A DNA stretch of 44,908 nt, taken from positions 1-44,908 of the forward strand of contig CAYSHM010000002.1 of the NCBI GenBank assembly GCA_964430885.1, read 5' to 3'. Below the pieces are notes generated by a model, which saw nothing but the letters and a program-made list of their open reading frames with translations, ran no database searches and was not told the DNA's origin. Positions within the stretch are counted from its first letter, which is position 1. Every line of letters starts with the position of its first letter. Position numbers and translations under genes: made by a program. The DNA comes from an uncultured archaeon (lineage in GTDB: Archaea > Thermoplasmatota > Penumbrarchaeia > JASLWR01). Shown here one piece after another: positions 1 through 9,860 of the stretch.

Positions 1-81
1 GTTATATCGATTGAAAAATAATCAAGAACTTGCACAAATTCTTACGAGGAGCCTCTTTTATGTGCCGATTGCGGTAATTCT

Positions 82-996
82 ATGTGTGATGAATGTAATA
101 GTGAGATTAACGAGGTCTGGACAACCTCTACACAGAGCGGTAATGTCAAGACAACAACCACTCACACAAGGTCTGCTACAGTTTGTTCCCTTTGCGACCT
201 TGCGGCAAAGGAGTTCATGAAAGCAAAGGCCAAAAGAGCTACAATGATAGGTGGTATTGCCATCCTAGTATCGGCTTTGGTCGGTGTTGCTTTCAGTATC
301 TCCACCGGTAATTGGGGCTCCATGGCAATAGTACTCGTGGGTTTCCTTATTATGTGGATACTGAATAAGAGGAAGAACATCTACAAGGGCAGAAGAAGGA
401 CTGGTGGAAAGGACATAGAGGTTTTGAAGATGATAGTGGAAAGAGCGGGTCTTCCAAAGAAAGAATTGAAGATAGCAAAGACACGCCAGAAGATAGGTTT
501 CTTCATGGCCCGTTTCAATAATTTTCCAAATGGTAGAATGATGTTTTTCATTGTAGCTGCTCTGGGTGCATTGAACCTTCTTATGTGGGCCTTGGACTTT
601 TTCATGCTTGACGGTGATATGTTTGCAGAGGCTTGGATAGCGATCATGTTCCTAGCTTTCTTGGCAATACCCGCTATTTTGATAGTACCTGCTTATTTCA
701 GCTACATGCCCAAGGCTTTGAAGATGAGAATGAAGATCAACAAGGTCCGAAAGCACATTGGCTTGGAGGAGGTAGAGTACAAGGCTGCCATGTTCTCAAA
801 GGAAGGCGGTGATGAGAAGAAAGAGAAGAAGGTAGAAGAGCCTAAAGAGGAGGGTGAGAAAGCCGAAGACAAAGGGGTGGAATCCAAGAGTGAAGAGAAG
901 CCTGAAGAGGAAGCCAAGGAAGAAAAGGCCGAAGAGAAACCTGACAAACCTGAGGAGAAGAAGGAAAAACCTCAGGAAGAAAAACATAAGGAATAG
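82..996 (+). CDS. Hypothetical membrane protein: N-terminal Cys cluster (Zn-finger-like), about 4 TM helices, K/E-rich low-complexity tail
   Basis: 304-aa ORF with CDEC and CSLC motifs, two pairs of hydrophobic helices and an EEK-rich C-terminus. The true start is uncertain because in-frame Cys motifs continue upstream to about position 31. Confidence 0.7.
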   Translation: MCDECNSEINEVWTTSTQSGNVKTTTTHTRSATVCSLCDLAAKEFMKAKAKRATMIGGIAILVSALVGVAFSISTGNWGSMAIVLVGFLIMWILNKRKNIYKGRRRTGGKDIEVLKMIVERAGLPKKELKIAKTRQKIGFFMARFNNFPNGRMMFFIVAALGALNLLMWALDFFMLDGDMFAEAWIAIMFLAFLAIPAILIVPAYFSYMPKALKMRMKINKVRKHIGLEEVEYKAAMFSKEGGDEKKEKKVEEPKEEGEKAEDKGVESKSEEKPEEEAKEEKAEEKPDKPEEKKEKPQEEKHKE

Positions 997-1061
997 GCCC
1001 GCGTTCTTTTGTTAATCTGAATATTTGGAAATAATTCATTGAAAGAGTGGAGGTGAGCTCC

Positions 1062-1979
1062 ATGACAGATGATGCAGCAAAGAAAATAGATGAAGCTACT
1101 GATGATATCGATAAAGCTATTGAGGACCTTGATAGAGGAAAGGATATCTCGGCGCAGTTAGAGGAACTTAGCGGAAAGATTGAAAAGGTCGCCAAATCGG
1201 GAAAGGATGCGTATGACCAAAAAATTTTAGATAAATATGCAGGAGGCAAATCCAAGGACTCCTACAAGAAGGGCACTTTTGAGTATAAATGGGCCAAAAA
1301 AGCAGGGAAAGCCCAGAACCGATCCGCCATGGCCATAGGATTTGTTTTCCTCATTTTTGCAGCAGCATGTCTTCTTTACATTTTTTCATCCGTATTGCCG
1401 CTTCCCGAGGAAGGATTGCATACTTTCGAAACTGAGAAGAAGCAGGAAACCACAACAACTGGAACCAATGATACAACAACGGAAGATGTGGAGACCCTGA
1501 CAATTGGATATGAGGTGTTCATATTTGTCGCATCTCCAATAGTAGCTTTGTTCTTCATAATACCCATGGGTCAGGCCAGCAAAGGCGGAATGGTAGTGCT
1601 TCATATTTTCTTTGGAGGAGGTATAGTTTATTTGGATTTGGCTGAGAAAGAACTGCCGGTCATGGGAGGCTTGAACTATGCATGGTTATTTGCAGGCATT
1701 GCCGGTCTTCTATCAATAGCGTTGATACTCACCAGACCCGTAGCGGCAAAACAGCTGAAGGCAACCATGAAGTCAGATGTCCAGAGAATAATGCATATTG
1801 ATAGATTGATAAAAGGAACCTTTCACAAACATGAGAAGCTTGCCCGGAAGGCCATGGCCTACTACAACCAGAAAAAGGTTTTTGAGGCAAAGAACAACTG
1901 GAGCAATGTTAAAGGTTTAATGGGCAATAAATCTGATGAACTGAAAGCTGCAGATAAGTTGTTTAAAAAGCTCAAATGA
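1062..1979 (+). CDS. Hypothetical membrane protein (acidic helical N-terminus, about 4 TM helices, basic C-terminal domain)
   Basis: Long ORF. GGAGGTGA RBS at 1049-1056 favours the ATG at 1062 over the GTG at 1047. Several hydrophobic segments. Confidence 0.75.
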   Translation: MTDDAAKKIDEATDDIDKAIEDLDRGKDISAQLEELSGKIEKVAKSGKDAYDQKILDKYAGGKSKDSYKKGTFEYKWAKKAGKAQNRSAMAIGFVFLIFAAACLLYIFSSVLPLPEEGLHTFETEKKQETTTTGTNDTTTEDVETLTIGYEVFIFVASPIVALFFIIPMGQASKGGMVVLHIFFGGGIVYLDLAEKELPVMGGLNYAWLFAGIAGLLSIALILTRPVAAKQLKATMKSDVQRIMHIDRLIKGTFHKHEKLARKAMAYYNQKKVFEAKNNWSNVKGLMGNKSDELKAADKLFKKLK

Positions 1980-2009
1980 TATGGGTTATTTATGCTAAAG
2001 AAGCATGGT

Positions 2010-2061
2010 TTGAACCTTCGGCTAAAAAATTTGAAAAAGCCGACGGTTCAATTTTCTTTTT
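2010..2061 (+). terminator. Hairpin plus U-tract terminator
   Basis: TTGAACCtTCGGCT ... AGCCGAcGGTTCAA inverted repeat followed by TTTTCTTTTT, 30 nt after the stop at 1979. Confidence 0.6.
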
Positions 2062-2113
2062 AATATGATCGTTTTTCTGGAGTATCATTTTTGATATAAT
2101 CCGAATTTTTTTT

Positions 2114-2130
2114 AAAAAAGATTTATAAGT
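2114..2130 (+). promoter_or_regulatory. Archaeal BRE/TATA promoter
   Basis: A-rich BRE-like run followed by TTTATAAG about 45 nt upstream of the ATG at 2172; GGTGA RBS at 2161. Confidence 0.5.
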
Positions 2131-2171
2131 ATCTCTCCATTACTCCACGAGATAGTCAATGGTGATGTGAA

Positions 2172-3005
2172 ATGGGGCTTTTCGGAAGAAAGAAGAACGC
2201 AAAGAATATAGACTTCAAGTCAGTCCACAGCCAGGATCAGTATAATTATTTCAGTTTTCTTCAGCAGCAGGGAATGCACCAGTTGGAGGATCCTTATGAG
2301 TTTGATAAGGATTGGAATATGAACAAGATACGAAAAGCAGCCAAGGATTATGCAATTAAACAGGGTGCGGACTTACTGATAGAGATAAACGATCCCAACT
2401 ATTCTTCCAACCGCCACAATGACCTGGTTTATTACATATTCGGCAAGGGGAACAACCCTCAAATGAATCACCCAGGAGCTCAGCAAAAAACATTCCCTCA
2501 AAGTCAGTATTCCGGGATGCCCCAGCAGCAGAAACCTCAGCCACCACTGCCCCAAAGAACCATGTCAACCGAGAACAATCGCGGTCAGGCCCTTTATCTC
2601 AAATCACACTATTCCAATCATGAAGAGGTTATTGTGGATTGCCTTTCCAATCTCTCCAAGATGCTTTGCATGGACCCTATTCCCATTCAGTTCATGGATA
2701 ACAAGGAGTTCATCGGTATCAGTGTGGTTTTAGGTCAGTCGGCCTACAATCATATGGGCTCACGAAGGATGGATGTGGTCCTTGTTAATATCGAACCCAG
2801 TAGATATAAGATATTGGGCAATGAAACTCATGATCCTTACGCTCGAAGAGTTCAATATATGAGGGACGAACTGGTTGTGATAAAGACCGATGGGATACCG
2901 CGTTTCGATTTTCTGCCGGATTACAGCAAATTGGATGCGGATCAAAAATCGAACTTTGCCACTTCCCTGTATTCTTTTATGGAGATGTTCCTCCCCAAAA
3001 TGTGA
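2172..3005 (+). CDS. Hypothetical two-domain protein with MGLFGRKK N-terminus and Q/P-rich linker
   Basis: 277-aa ORF with GGTGA RBS. The N-domain has an A-x-K-x-GAD-hydrophobic motif reminiscent of YbjQ-like folds (weak). Confidence 0.7.
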   Translation: MGLFGRKKNAKNIDFKSVHSQDQYNYFSFLQQQGMHQLEDPYEFDKDWNMNKIRKAAKDYAIKQGADLLIEINDPNYSSNRHNDLVYYIFGKGNNPQMNHPGAQQKTFPQSQYSGMPQQQKPQPPLPQRTMSTENNRGQALYLKSHYSNHEEVIVDCLSNLSKMLCMDPIPIQFMDNKEFIGISVVLGQSAYNHMGSRRMDVVLVNIEPSRYKILGNETHDPYARRVQYMRDELVVIKTDGIPRFDFLPDYSKLDADQKSNFATSLYSFMEMFLPKM

Positions 3006-3054
3006 TATGTTGAATAGATCCAAATTTCATTACAAAATTAATGATTCCAAATGA

Positions 3055-4461
3055 TTGGCAGGTTTTCTCATGGAGGACAAGATAAAGGGTAGTTTTTCCG
3101 TCGATCGATTGATCCATGATCTTTGTTTATCCTGCCTTGGACGGTTGTACGGAAAGCTGGGTCACGGTCTAACGAACCGGGAAAGGGGCTCCTGTGTTCG
3201 AGTTATGAACGAAAAGGGTTTATTGAACGGCCCTTTTCGCGATATTGGTGAACAGCTGTCAGGTGTTTTCGATAACGATCTAGCTGGCCCAACAGATGAA
3301 AGTATTTCTTCTAATTCAGGTCGTTCGTACGAAGTCAGCAGTTCAGAGTCCGGATCAGGCGAAAAGGAATGTTTGATATGCAGGGGATTGATAAGCGAGA
3401 TCCCAAAATTCGCCGAAATTGTCTCTGATCGGTTGAAAAAATATGAATATGATACTTTCCAGATAGGCGTTAGGGTCGATCCGGAGATAAATATTATGGA
3501 AGAGAAGGCGTGGTCAGATATCGGAGCCAAGTTCCAGGAGCCCATCAAAGCTGAACTCAACAGAGAGATAGGTAAGATGGTCTATTTCTTGACCAAAAAA
3601 AGAGTGGATATCAAGAATCCAGATATTGTTGCCATTATTAACACTGCATTTGATCATGTGGATGTTCAGATTTCACCGCTATTCCTTTACGGCCGATATA
3701 AAAAACTCAGAAGAGGTATTCCCCAGACGAAATGGTTCTGCAGGAGGTGCAGAGGCAGGGGTTGTGATAGGTGTAATGATACTGGGAAACAGTATGAGGA
3801 ATCCGTTGAAGAGATCATCGGAGCCAAGGTCCTTGAGCATTCCAAGGGTGAAGCAACGAAGTTTCACGGTATGGGAAGGGAGGATATAGATGCAAAAATG
3901 ATAGGTTCGGGGCGCCCCTTTGTTCTTGAGATATCAAACCCTGTAAAGCGGGTTTTTGAAATTTCTTCTCTTGAGGATGAAATCAATGAATTTGCCCAAG
4001 GTAAGGTTGTTGTTTCAGATTTCAGTTACGCAGATAGATCCAGGGTGAGGGAGGTAAAACTGGCACGTTTCCCTAAATACTACCGGATCAGGGTCAATTT
4101 TGAAAGAAGTGTAGCCGAGGACGACCTTAATAGGGCAATTGATGAACTGGATAACAGTATAATTGAACAGCGAACGCCTGCCAGAGTATCCCACAGGAGA
4201 GCCGATAAGGTTCGAAAAAGAAAGGTATATTCTATGTCCCTACATGATTATGATAACGAAAACGGGATATGGGCGGTATTTGATATCAAGGGGGAGAGCG
4301 GTCTCTATGTGAAGGAATTAATTCATTCCGATAACGGCCGTACAAAGCCGAGTATAAAAGAGATAGTCGAAGGCCAGGTACCTTTGGCGGTGACCATAGA
4401 ATCCCTTGATGTGCTCGGGGTTATGGATAACGATGTTCCAGAAACCCTGGATAGTAATTGA
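3055..4461 (+). CDS. pus10: tRNA pseudouridine(54/55) synthase Pus10
   Basis: CLSCLGR and CLIC Zn ligands, GRYKKLRRGIPQTKW, catalytic FHGMGREDIDA, QRTPARVSHRRAD, GLYVKEL. The start may be the ATG at 3070. Confidence 0.95.
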   Translation: MAGFLMEDKIKGSFSVDRLIHDLCLSCLGRLYGKLGHGLTNRERGSCVRVMNEKGLLNGPFRDIGEQLSGVFDNDLAGPTDESISSNSGRSYEVSSSESGSGEKECLICRGLISEIPKFAEIVSDRLKKYEYDTFQIGVRVDPEINIMEEKAWSDIGAKFQEPIKAELNREIGKMVYFLTKKRVDIKNPDIVAIINTAFDHVDVQISPLFLYGRYKKLRRGIPQTKWFCRRCRGRGCDRCNDTGKQYEESVEEIIGAKVLEHSKGEATKFHGMGREDIDAKMIGSGRPFVLEISNPVKRVFEISSLEDEINEFAQGKVVVSDFSYADRSRVREVKLARFPKYYRIRVNFERSVAEDDLNRAIDELDNSIIEQRTPARVSHRRADKVRKRKVYSMSLHDYDNENGIWAVFDIKGESGLYVKELIHSDNGRTKPSIKEIVEGQVPLAVTIESLDVLGVMDNDVPETLDSN

Positions 4462-4492
4462 AGGATTGTGATCAATTCAGTTAGATGACATA

Positions 4493-7400
4493 TTATTTGT
4501 TAGATTTTTCATTTTCAGGTTGTTTTTCCGCTCTTTCTTCTAAATTATCTTCTTTTTCTTCTTCTGCATCATCCCCGTCTGTCTTGGGTATGTCCTGTAT
4601 GTTCTGAAGCGCCACCATCTCAGATACGCCGCCTTTTCTGTAGCAACCGTATATACTGTCGGCGTAACTGATCATATCCTTGTGAAGGGTGATTAGTATG
4701 AACTGAGCTTTCCTAGAGTACCTCTGAATGCTTTTGATTATAATTTCCGAGTTTACACGGTCTAGGTTTTGATCTATCTCATCCAGTATGTAGAGCGGAG
4801 AGGGATCGTAATGCTGTAGGGATAGGATGAAAGCTATCGCTACCTGAGATTTCTCACCTCCGGATATAAATCGAATGTCCCTGAGCTTCTCACCAGGAGG
4901 CCGTGCCTTGATGATCAATCCACCCTGGAAGGGTTCATTTTCATTTTCCAGGGCAACAAATCCTTCCCCGCCTTTGCTGATCTTGGGATATATCACCTGG
5001 AAGTGCTCATTAATGGAATTGAATACCTCCATGAATTTGGCTTTTTTCTCTTTTTTGATATCCCTTACCATTTTCATCAATGCCTTTCTTTCGGCTTTCA
5101 GCTGGTCGTATTTCGCCTGATAATCGTCCTTTTTGCGTTTCTCAAGGTCGTATTTCTCCACCGCTACCATGTTCACAGGTCCCAGGAGCTCAAGTTTGTT
5201 GTTGTACTGGTCGATCTCCTTCTCAATCTCCCTTTGGGTTGGATATGGCGGTTCTATGGTTATACCGTAGATCTCTATTCTCCTGATTGCATCCTCAAGG
5301 CCGGCATTGAGATTGGCTATGTTTGTGTTGTACTGGATCAAAAGATGTCTCTTGCTCTCTATACGGTCCCTTTCTTTGCTTATGTCATATCGCCGTTTCA
5401 TTATGTTTTCTTTATTGGCGGTTAGCTCCTTTTCAAGTTGCCCTATCTCACCCAGAAGTTTCTTTTCAACATCAACCCTTTTCTCAACCTCTTTTCCGTT
5501 CTCCACAATGTCTATTTCCGCCTGTTTGATGATCTCCTTGAGTTTTACGATCTCCTTTTCCTCAGCATCGGTTGCTTCCTTTTTTTCATCAAGACGTTCA
5601 TTGTAAAGATTGATCTTGGTAGAAATTGTTTCCAGATTTGATCTGAATTCCCTTATCTCCTCCGATAATCTTTCCTTTTCAGCCTTCAAGGTCTCCATTC
5701 GTTTCTGGCGAGCTTCAGGCAGACTGTTTAGCATTGTATTCTCTTGAGAGTCGATTTCCCCGCGCATTTTAGTGGCTGTATCCGTTTTTGTTTTTATCTC
5801 CTTATCATTGCCCTCAATCTCGCCCTGTATATCCTTGATCTCTTTGCTGAACCCATCTTTAATATTGATATGTTCCTGAAGTCGATGTTCAAAATCCTTC
5901 AGGGCCACCTTGAAAGCGGATATCTCTACATCGAGTTTTGATATGGATTGATTGATGCCACCCATATTATCCGAAGCCGACCCAATGGTTCTCATTATCT
6001 CCTGGCTTCGTTCAATTATATTTCCCTGTTCAAGTTTTGCCATATCGAGGGTCTTTCGGACCTCTTCATATTTTGAATCCTCACTTTTCCCGAATTTGAT
6101 CAGTTTCCGTTGCTGGGACCCCCCGATCATGGCCCCGCTCTTCTCTGTTATTTGACCATCTAAAGTTACAAGCCTAACACCGCCCATATTTTTTCGAGCG
6201 GTTTCTAAATTCCTCACTATAAGGGTATCCTGAAATACATACCAGAAAGCATTTCGATATCTCGCTTCGAATTTGACCAGATCAATGGCAAATCCCATTA
6301 CCCCCTCATTTTCCGATACCATTAACGCACGTCCGCCAGGCCTTCCGGACATCATCTTGTTCAGAGGGAGGAACATAGCCCGTCCGAATTGTTTTTTCTT
6401 CAGAAACTTTATGGCTCTTGCAGCAGATTCATCATCATCTGTCACAATGGCCTGCATCCTTCCCCCTGCCGCGGTCGAGAGAGCGATTTCATATTTATTA
6501 TCAACTGAGGCCAGTTGAGCAATTGTACCGTGAATTCCTTTTAATTCTCCTTCATCCCGGGCATCTAGAACCTTGGTGATGGCAAGTCCGTATCCGCTGG
6601 CTTCCGCAGCCCTCTTGTTGATCCGGAGTTCCTGAAATTCCTTATTGAGCTTGGAGATATTCTGGGCTATTCTCTGTTCCTCCTTCTTGATCCTTAATAG
6701 CTCCTGTTTCTCCTTGATATGTTTGTTCCGGGATTTTTGTTTCTTGGTATTCAGTTCCAGCTTTTTCTTCTCCCGATCATCGATCTGCCAGCTGATGTCC
6801 TTAATCTCGAGTTTTACACTTTTGATGCTGTCTTCGGTAAGCCTCATATCGTCCTGTTTCCGCCCGAGCCTTTCAAGGAGTGATTCCCCCTTGATCTGCA
6901 GTTTAGCCTCCTCCTTTTCGATCCCTTCCAACTCCTTTTTGAGGGTCCTTATAACCTCTTCCAGTTCTGAGAATTTTTCTGATGCCAAACTAATCTCTTC
7001 AGATAGTGATCTGTATTCATCATCATATTTCTTGAAGATTTTCTCCTGCTCTTCCTTGTTCTGGAAAATGCTGTCGTGCTCTTCCTGGATAGTTTTCAGC
7101 TCTTTCATACCCTTCGTGATATCTTCCTTTCTTTCGGCAATCTTTCCAACCAGCTCTTCTATCTTATCCTCTGAAGTGAACTTACGGTCCTGTGCTTTGG
7201 ATACTTCCAGTTTATAGCTTCGAATCTCTTCAACCAGTTTCTTGGTTTCATCATCCTGCATATCTTCAATCTTCAGCTCAAGCTCGGATATCAGTTTTTC
7301 AGATTCATAGATGTGCCTCTTCATTCCGTCAATTCCTTTCTTGGAATTAACAATGTCAACTTCACACTGCTGGATATTTCCGGAGATCTCCTTGATAGAT

Positions 7401-8155
7401 TTTTCTATAGAAGCTTTTTTTGAATGAGCCAGAGTAGCCTTGCATTCCTTGATCTTCTCCTTGTATTCATGATGTTTCTTTGCATTCTTACGTTCCTTGT
7501 TCAATGCTCGGAGGCTGGAGTTGATCTCCTTCATGAAGAAGTCTAGTTTTTCTAGGGATGCATCCACCTTATCCTTTCGGTTATTACTCCTGTTGATGTC
7601 TTCATCTAAACTTGTGATGCCCGAGATGTCGTCTATGATTTTCCGTCTCTCAGTGGGTGTGCTTTTTTCAGCGATATTGTTTACTGTTCCCTGTTTTACA
7701 ATATTGTATCCGTGGGTGGCCAAACGTGCTGCTTTGAAAAGATTTCTGAACTCACCGTTGCTGGATGAACGACCGTTGATATAGTAGTAGGTTGTTGTGT
7801 TCAGCATATCCGGTCCTAATTCCCTGTTTTTTACCTTCAGCCGTTTGGTAAAGGACACCTCATCGGAATTGATATTCAGCTGCCGGTCTGAATTGTCGAA
7901 TACAAGCTGAACTTCAGCAGTCTTTGAGGCCCTTCCCTTTTCCCCACCGTCAAATACCAGACCAGCATAGTTTTTGGCTCTCAAAGCCTTTGCGGACCTG
8001 CCTTTGCTCAGAACAAAATCTATGGCATCTGTGATGTTGGATTTTCCACTTCCGTTGGGACCGGATATCACAGTCAAACCCTTCGAGAGCTTAACTTTCA
8101 TAGACCGCGTTCCGTAGGATTTGAAATTCTTCATGTGAACCTTTTTCAAATACAT
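4493..8155 (-). CDS. smc: Chromosome segregation protein SMC
   Basis: Walker A GPNGSGKS, long coiled coils, hinge (GIHGTIAQL ... RLVTLDGQITEKSGAMIGG), signature ISGGEKS, Walker B LDEID. Confidence 0.97.
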   Translation of the reverse strand: MYLKKVHMKNFKSYGTRSMKVKLSKGLTVISGPNGSGKSNITDAIDFVLSKGRSAKALRAKNYAGLVFDGGEKGRASKTAEVQLVFDNSDRQLNINSDEVSFTKRLKVKNRELGPDMLNTTTYYYINGRSSSNGEFRNLFKAARLATHGYNIVKQGTVNNIAEKSTPTERRKIIDDISGITSLDEDINRSNNRKDKVDASLEKLDFFMKEINSSLRALNKERKNAKKHHEYKEKIKECKATLAHSKKASIEKSIKEISGNIQQCEVDIVNSKKGIDGMKRHIYESEKLISELELKIEDMQDDETKKLVEEIRSYKLEVSKAQDRKFTSEDKIEELVGKIAERKEDITKGMKELKTIQEEHDSIFQNKEEQEKIFKKYDDEYRSLSEEISLASEKFSELEEVIRTLKKELEGIEKEEAKLQIKGESLLERLGRKQDDMRLTEDSIKSVKLEIKDISWQIDDREKKKLELNTKKQKSRNKHIKEKQELLRIKKEEQRIAQNISKLNKEFQELRINKRAAEASGYGLAITKVLDARDEGELKGIHGTIAQLASVDNKYEIALSTAAGGRMQAIVTDDDESAARAIKFLKKKQFGRAMFLPLNKMMSGRPGGRALMVSENEGVMGFAIDLVKFEARYRNAFWYVFQDTLIVRNLETARKNMGGVRLVTLDGQITEKSGAMIGGSQQRKLIKFGKSEDSKYEEVRKTLDMAKLEQGNIIERSQEIMRTIGSASDNMGGINQSISKLDVEISAFKVALKDFEHRLQEHINIKDGFSKEIKDIQGEIEGNDKEIKTKTDTATKMRGEIDSQENTMLNSLPEARQKRMETLKAEKERLSEEIREFRSNLETISTKINLYNERLDEKKEATDAEEKEIVKLKEIIKQAEIDIVENGKEVEKRVDVEKKLLGEIGQLEKELTANKENIMKRRYDISKERDRIESKRHLLIQYNTNIANLNAGLEDAIRRIEIYGITIEPPYPTQREIEKEIDQYNNKLELLGPVNMVAVEKYDLEKRKKDDYQAKYDQLKAERKALMKMVRDIKKEKKAKFMEVFNSINEHFQVIYPKISKGGEGFVALENENEPFQGGLIIKARPPGEKLRDIRFISGGEKSQVAIAFILSLQHYDPSPLYILDEIDQNLDRVNSEIIIKSIQRYSRKAQFILITLHKDMISYADSIYGCYRKGGVSEMVALQNIQDIPKTDGDDAEEEKEDNLEERAEKQPENEKSNK

Positions 8156-8415
8156 TTGAACAACCTTGGGGAATTGAATAATATATTGTAGATAGTTATT
8201 TAATTAGTACTACCAGAACAGAGATAATTGGTGCTGTTCAAGGAATATAATCCGCAGATTATCTAGATTGCGATTCAATACCACCTTTTTAAATAATTCG
8301 ATTAAAAAACTATTGTAATAAAAAGTTTATAGATAGGTTAATAATTGTTTACAGGAACTAACACCATCCTACCAGCCTCATGGCGTCAAATACTATTCAT
8401 ACCAGGTCGATTTTA

Positions 8416-8934
8416 ATGCCGAGAATTCTTACATATAAAAGAACCCGTTTTTATAGGGATCGAAGAGGGGTCACGGAACTGCCCTTCAAGATATTTATTA
8501 TTGCGGTTCTTCTGACCATCACAGTTCCTTTGGTCTTGGTAGGATTGAACAGGTATACAAAGGCCCAGAATGAGAACCGTGTTATCCAGGAGATAGGTGT
8601 ACTGGAGAATGCCATAACACTCGTTTATTATCAGGGTGAGAATGCTTCACTTGTTGTTGATGTGGACTTTCCGGATATTGTAGAATATGTTCGCCTAGGA
8701 GATGGTCTTTATGGGGACGGAGGAAGCCACTGGAGGTCTTGGGCTATATATTATAAATTGGAAGGAAAAGGGGAAACAAGGGTTCCAATTGGAACAACTA
8801 ATTATCCCATTTCTCTAACCAATTCCACCAAGGATGGCGGATTGAGGATAGGTCCGGGTGAGACAAATATAATGATAAGGAAGGCTTATGACGAATCCAT
8901 TGAAGAATTCTTCATAATGGCCACTGTATTATAA
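8416..8934 (+). CDS. Type IV pilin-like protein with class III signal peptide
   Basis: Basic leader RFYRDRRG followed by the hydrophobic VTELPFKIFIIAVLLTITVPLVLVG and a beta-rich globular domain. Start is 8416 or 8380. Confidence 0.7.
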   Translation: MPRILTYKRTRFYRDRRGVTELPFKIFIIAVLLTITVPLVLVGLNRYTKAQNENRVIQEIGVLENAITLVYYQGENASLVVDVDFPDIVEYVRLGDGLYGDGGSHWRSWAIYYKLEGKGETRVPIGTTNYPISLTNSTKDGGLRIGPGETNIMIRKAYDESIEEFFIMATVL

Positions 8935-8968
8935 GATGTAATTGAACCATTGATCACAGGTGTATCAA

Positions 8969-9493
8969 TTGATAGATTGGGCTCTTTCAAAGATTGTCAT
9001 GTCAATAGCTGCCATCAGTTTTATTGCACTTGCAATAGTTTTTTTCGGAAATATTATGGAGGAGAACAATGTCAATGATATCCAGTTCAAGGAAACTGCG
9101 GACCGAATCGCAAAACAGGTGAGCGAGACCTTGTCCTTTAACGGCGAACTTAGATCCAATTTTACATTCAGATCAAACAAAACCAACAGGGCTGAACTGC
9201 TGCCTTTAGAAATAAATGATGAAAAATATACACTGACCTTTTATCGGACATCAGTAAAAATTGATTACTCGTCCTCCTCAATCAGCAGTCAATTTACAGG
9301 TAAGGTGCACCTCTTTGATCCAGAAATGATCCCCGATATCGATGTGACCAGCAAGTGGATATCAGATCTTGATGCAGGTTATTACAACCAGACCATCCAT
9401 TCTGGAGTGGATTTTGTTGTTGAGAACCAATTGAGGATAGTAGATGGTAAATATTCCTTTCTTACTTTCATTTACCCAGTTGTAGAAATATAA
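8969..9493 (+). CDS. Pilin-like membrane-anchored protein (minor pilin candidate)
   Basis: N-terminal hydrophobic helix (IDWALSKIVMSIAAISFIALAIVFFG), then an amphipathic helix and a beta domain. AGGTG RBS at 8958-8962 favours the TTG at 8969. Tandem with the upstream pilin-like gene. Confidence 0.55.
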   Translation: MIDWALSKIVMSIAAISFIALAIVFFGNIMEENNVNDIQFKETADRIAKQVSETLSFNGELRSNFTFRSNKTNRAELLPLEINDEKYTLTFYRTSVKIDYSSSSISSQFTGKVHLFDPEMIPDIDVTSKWISDLDAGYYNQTIHSGVDFVVENQLRIVDGKYSFLTFIYPVVEI

Positions 9494-9663
9494 TTTCATC
9501 TGGTAAATTTCCATGTTTTGTATTTATCCACCAAAATATATTTATTTCATGATAATCATTCCTGGCAAGTTGATGCGCAATGGGTCTGTAGCGTCATATC
9601 AAAAATATGACTGATATGACTGACAAGCAACATTTACTCACTTGCATTAGCTCGTTCATAAAT

Positions 9664-9737
9664 GGGCCTGTAGCTTAGTTTGGCGGAGCACTCGGCTGAT
9701 AACCGAGAGGTCCCCGGTTCAAATCCGGGCTGGCCCA
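9664..9737 (+). tRNA. tRNA-Ile (anticodon GAT), intronless, CCA not encoded
   Basis: GGGCCTG/CTGGCCC acceptor stem, D-arm TAGCTTAGTTTGGCGGAGC, anticodon arm CTCGG-CTGATAA-CCGAG, T-arm CCCGG-TTCAAAT-CCGGG, discriminator A. Confidence 0.97.
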
Positions 9738-9860
9738 TTCAATTTATTCTTTTTAAAAAAACTATCTTATAAATCATTCTAATTGTTCTGCGTCTGAATT
9801 TCAAGTCATTACCTATAAATATGATATTTTAATTATGATTTTTCTCAGCGGGGTATAACA

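Noticed and set aside
4875-7784. Many 60-190 aa plus-strand ORFs within smc
   Set aside because: Ser/Phe/Leu-rich antisense shadows of a Lys/Glu-rich coiled-coil gene.
9664-9737. tRNA as the attachment site of an integrated element
   Set aside because: No integrase and no 3' tRNA duplicate were seen in the window; the flanking genes look chromosomal.
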